A stretch of DNA of 64,000 nt from Squalus acanthias. Lineage: Eukaryota. The notes under the pieces are model-generated. The model had not been told where the DNA came from. It was given only the letters and a program-made list of their open reading frames with translations, and did no database searches. Within the stretch, counting starts at the first letter, position 1. Each line of letters starts with the position of its first letter. The position numbers and the translations under genes are program-made. Shown here one piece after another: positions 61,312 to 64,000 of this stretch. The DNA lies in assembly GCA_030390025.1 (NCBI GenBank), contig CM059425.1, forward strand, positions 167,774,001 through 167,838,000. Reading direction: 5' to 3'.

Positions 61312-62949
61312 TTTGTGTTCTCACAGCTTACTGACCCACCTAGCTTTGTATCATCAGCAAACTTGGATACATTACACTCAGTCCCTTCGTCTAGGTCATT
61401 AATATAGATTGTAAATAGCTGAGGCCCCAACATTGATCCCTGCGGCACCCCACTAGTTACAGCCTGCCAACCTGAAAAAGATCTGTTTATCCCTACTCTC
61501 TGTTTTCTGTCCGTTAACCAATCCTCTATCCATGCTACTATATTACCCCCAACCACATGAGCCCTAATCTTGTGTAATAACCTTTTATGTGGCACCTTAT
61601 CGAATGCCTTTTGGAAATCCAAATATACTACATCCACCGGTTCCCCTTTATCTACCCTGCTACTTACATCCTCAAAAAACTCTAATAAATTTGTCAAACA
61701 CGATTTCCCTTTCATAAAATCATGTTGACTCTGCCTAATCATGTTATGATTTTCTAAGTGCCCTGATACCACTTCCTTAACAATGGATTCCAGCATTTTC
61801 CTGACGACTGATGTCAGGCTAACTGGCCTGTAGGTCCCTGTTTTTTCTCTCCCTCCTTTCTTGAATAGCGGTGTTACATTTGCGACCTTTCCATCTGGTG
61901 GGACCATTCCAGAATCTAGGGAATTTTGGCAGATCAAAACCAATGCATCCACTATCTCTTCAGCCACTTCTTTTAGAACCCTAGGATGTATGCCGTCAGG
62001 CCCAGGGGATCTGTCAGCTTTTAGTCCCATTAGTTTCTCTCGTACTTTTTCTCTACTTATATTAATTACGTTAAGTTCCTCACCCTCATTAGACCCTTGG
62101 TTCCCCACCATTTTTGGTATGCTTTTTGTGTCTTCTAATGTGAAGACAGAAGCAAAATATTTGTTTAACGTTTCTGCCATTTCCTTATTCCCCATAATAA
62201 TTTTTCCTGTCTCAGCATCTAAGGGACCAACGTTTACTTTTGCTACTCCCTTCCTTTTTACATACTTGTAGAAGCTCTTACAATCTGCTTTTATATTTCT
62301 TGCTAGTTTTCTCTCATATTCTATTTCTTCCCTTTTTTAAATTTTTTGGTCAACCTTTGCTGGTTTCTGAAACTCTCCCAATCCTCAGGCTTACTATTAT
62401 TCTTTGCAGCATTATAAGCTTCTTCTTTCAATCTAATGCTATCCTTAACTTCTTCAGTTAGCCACGGTTGGATCACTTTTCCTGTGGGGTTTTTGTTTCT
62501 CAATGGAATGTATTTTTGTTGAGAATTATGAAATATTTCTTTAAATGCTAGCCACTGCTTATCTACCGCCATACCTTTTAATCTATTTTTCCAATCTACC
62601 TTAGTGAACTCGCCCCTCATACCTATGTAATTGGCTTTATTTAAGTTTAAGACTCCAGTTTCGGACTTAGGCAAGTCACTCTCAAACTTAATGTGAAAAT
62701 CTATCATATTATGATCACTGTGCCCCAGAGGATCCTTTACTATGAGATTGCTAATTAACCCTGTCTCATTACACAATACAAGATCTAAAATAGCCTGTTC
62801 CCTGGTTGGTTCCATGACATATTGCTCCAGGAAACTGTCTCGAATGCATTCCATGAACTCGTCCTCCAGACTACCTCCATGAATTACAAAGCACAACATA
62901 AGCGCACATTCGTTTTTATGGTAAGTTCAAAGTGAACACAAGCCAATCT

Positions 62950-63720
62950 ATTCTTTCCCAATGCCATGGTTCCCCTGGGTGTCTACACATGTCTTTCTTT
63001 CATCTATTCTAATGCTTCTCCTAGGTGCAACCTGAGGGCCAGTATCACAAGTGATGGTTGACTGCTCATGCTCTGCAAAAGGGTCATGGGATGGTGGTGA
63101 CCCTCCTCTTCCTGCCATTGACTCCCAACAGGGAGCCGCTGCTGGCTGCATCTCTGGAGCTTGCTCCTGTGGAGCCTGGTGTCACCTCCTACATTCCACT
63201 GCTTTGTTGATCTGAAGGGTAAGCCTGTCCTAAGAGATGGCAGTATCAGCAGGTGGACTCTAGCTATCACCATTCCACTGGGCTTTATGTCCACACTGAT
63301 CAGTGGGATGGCTGGTCTAATGGTAACTATCAGATGCTGAAAGCCCACGTGCATCATGGTCGCTATGGTCTGGAAGCTGATATGCAGAGTGCTGCCTACA
63401 CCCTTCTCTATTGGCACCAGAGCTGCAGTTTGTGATTCCAGGCGGAGGCAATGACTGGTTCTTGACTGCTTCTTAGGTTGGTGTCTGCTTCAGATTCCAA
63501 TGCAGGCACTACACGCAATTGTTACTTAGAGAGAGTGAAGCATGTGCTGGTGCCCAGGATGCCCAAGGAAGAAAAAGGAGAATCTGCAGTTTGTCTCCTT
63601 ACCTGCCTTGATCAGATCACTGAACTTTTTGCAGCACTGGTTTGTAGTCCGGGGTTTAAGAGAGTTGTTACTCAGTGCCAGTGTCACCTTCCTCCACGAA
63701 CACGAAATGAGTGACATTTT
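62950..63720 (-). pseudogene. Old Harbinger Myb/SANT partner remnant
   Basis: KPRTTNQCCKKFSDLIKAGK followed by a donor; C-terminal APRRSIR like the other partner genes. Confidence 0.6.
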
Positions 63721-64000
63721 TAGTATGTAGCCTGCCACGGACACCCCGCAGTCTGTCTGTCTTAAGCTCAATTTAATCCAGGAGGATTTGAAGGTTGGGT
63801 TCGGTGAAATTGTGGCATCTTCCTCTGTGTTTCTTTGCCATGCCCTGGTCCTTGATTGGCTGACTGTGCCAGTGGGGGACCTTCTTGATAAGTGGCACAA
63901 TGACAGTTACGAGGCATGTATTCAAGCTATCTGACTAAAACTCACTGAGGCAAGCACTGTTTCTTAGTTATGTGCTGCTCACTCAGCCTGCTGCTGCAGT

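Larger units (their letters stand above)
56527..62875 (-). mobile_element. CR1 LINE interrupted by another CR1 and by a non-autonomous Harbinger
   Basis: Tail at 56527; pieces 56527-57139, 60209-60477 and 61312-62875 are collinear ORF2. Confidence 0.9.

Noticed and set aside
3109..63900. Many short antisense or alternate-frame ORFs in the ORF track
   Set aside because: They are shadows of LINE and Harbinger coding regions or of GC-rich transposon ends, with no independent support.

Overview
Vertebrate genomic DNA made almost entirely of transposable elements. The repeat make-up suggests a cartilaginous fish, but that is inference. No host gene could be identified; only a few weak candidate exons were found. 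The window holds about a dozen PIF/Harbinger DNA transposons. Autonomous-type copies have a spliced Myb/SANT-like gene converging on a HARBI1-like DDE transposase, and there are also non-autonomous copies. It also holds about ten CR1 LINE copies, two L2 LINEs, a poly(A)-tailed LINE family, SINE fragments and two related ~1.65 kb solo LTRs, each with its own 4-bp TSD. The main observation is that three different Harbinger elements, plus the stump of a fourth end, sit at the identical nucleotide of CR1 ORF2, just after the RT FADD motif (EEDTK^SLQRD, AAA duplicated). Every CR1 copy in the window with that quasi-palindromic site is occupied, and copies with a different sequence there are empty. 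CR1s in turn insert into Harbingers, giving a four-level alternating nest at 33759-46107. Also notable: a CRE palindrome 165-178 bp inside the ends of divergent Harbinger families, hairpin arrays with splice donors inside non-autonomous Harbingers, and a variable 21-bp heptad repeat in the Myb partner gene. Coordinates were read by eye and may be off by a few bases.
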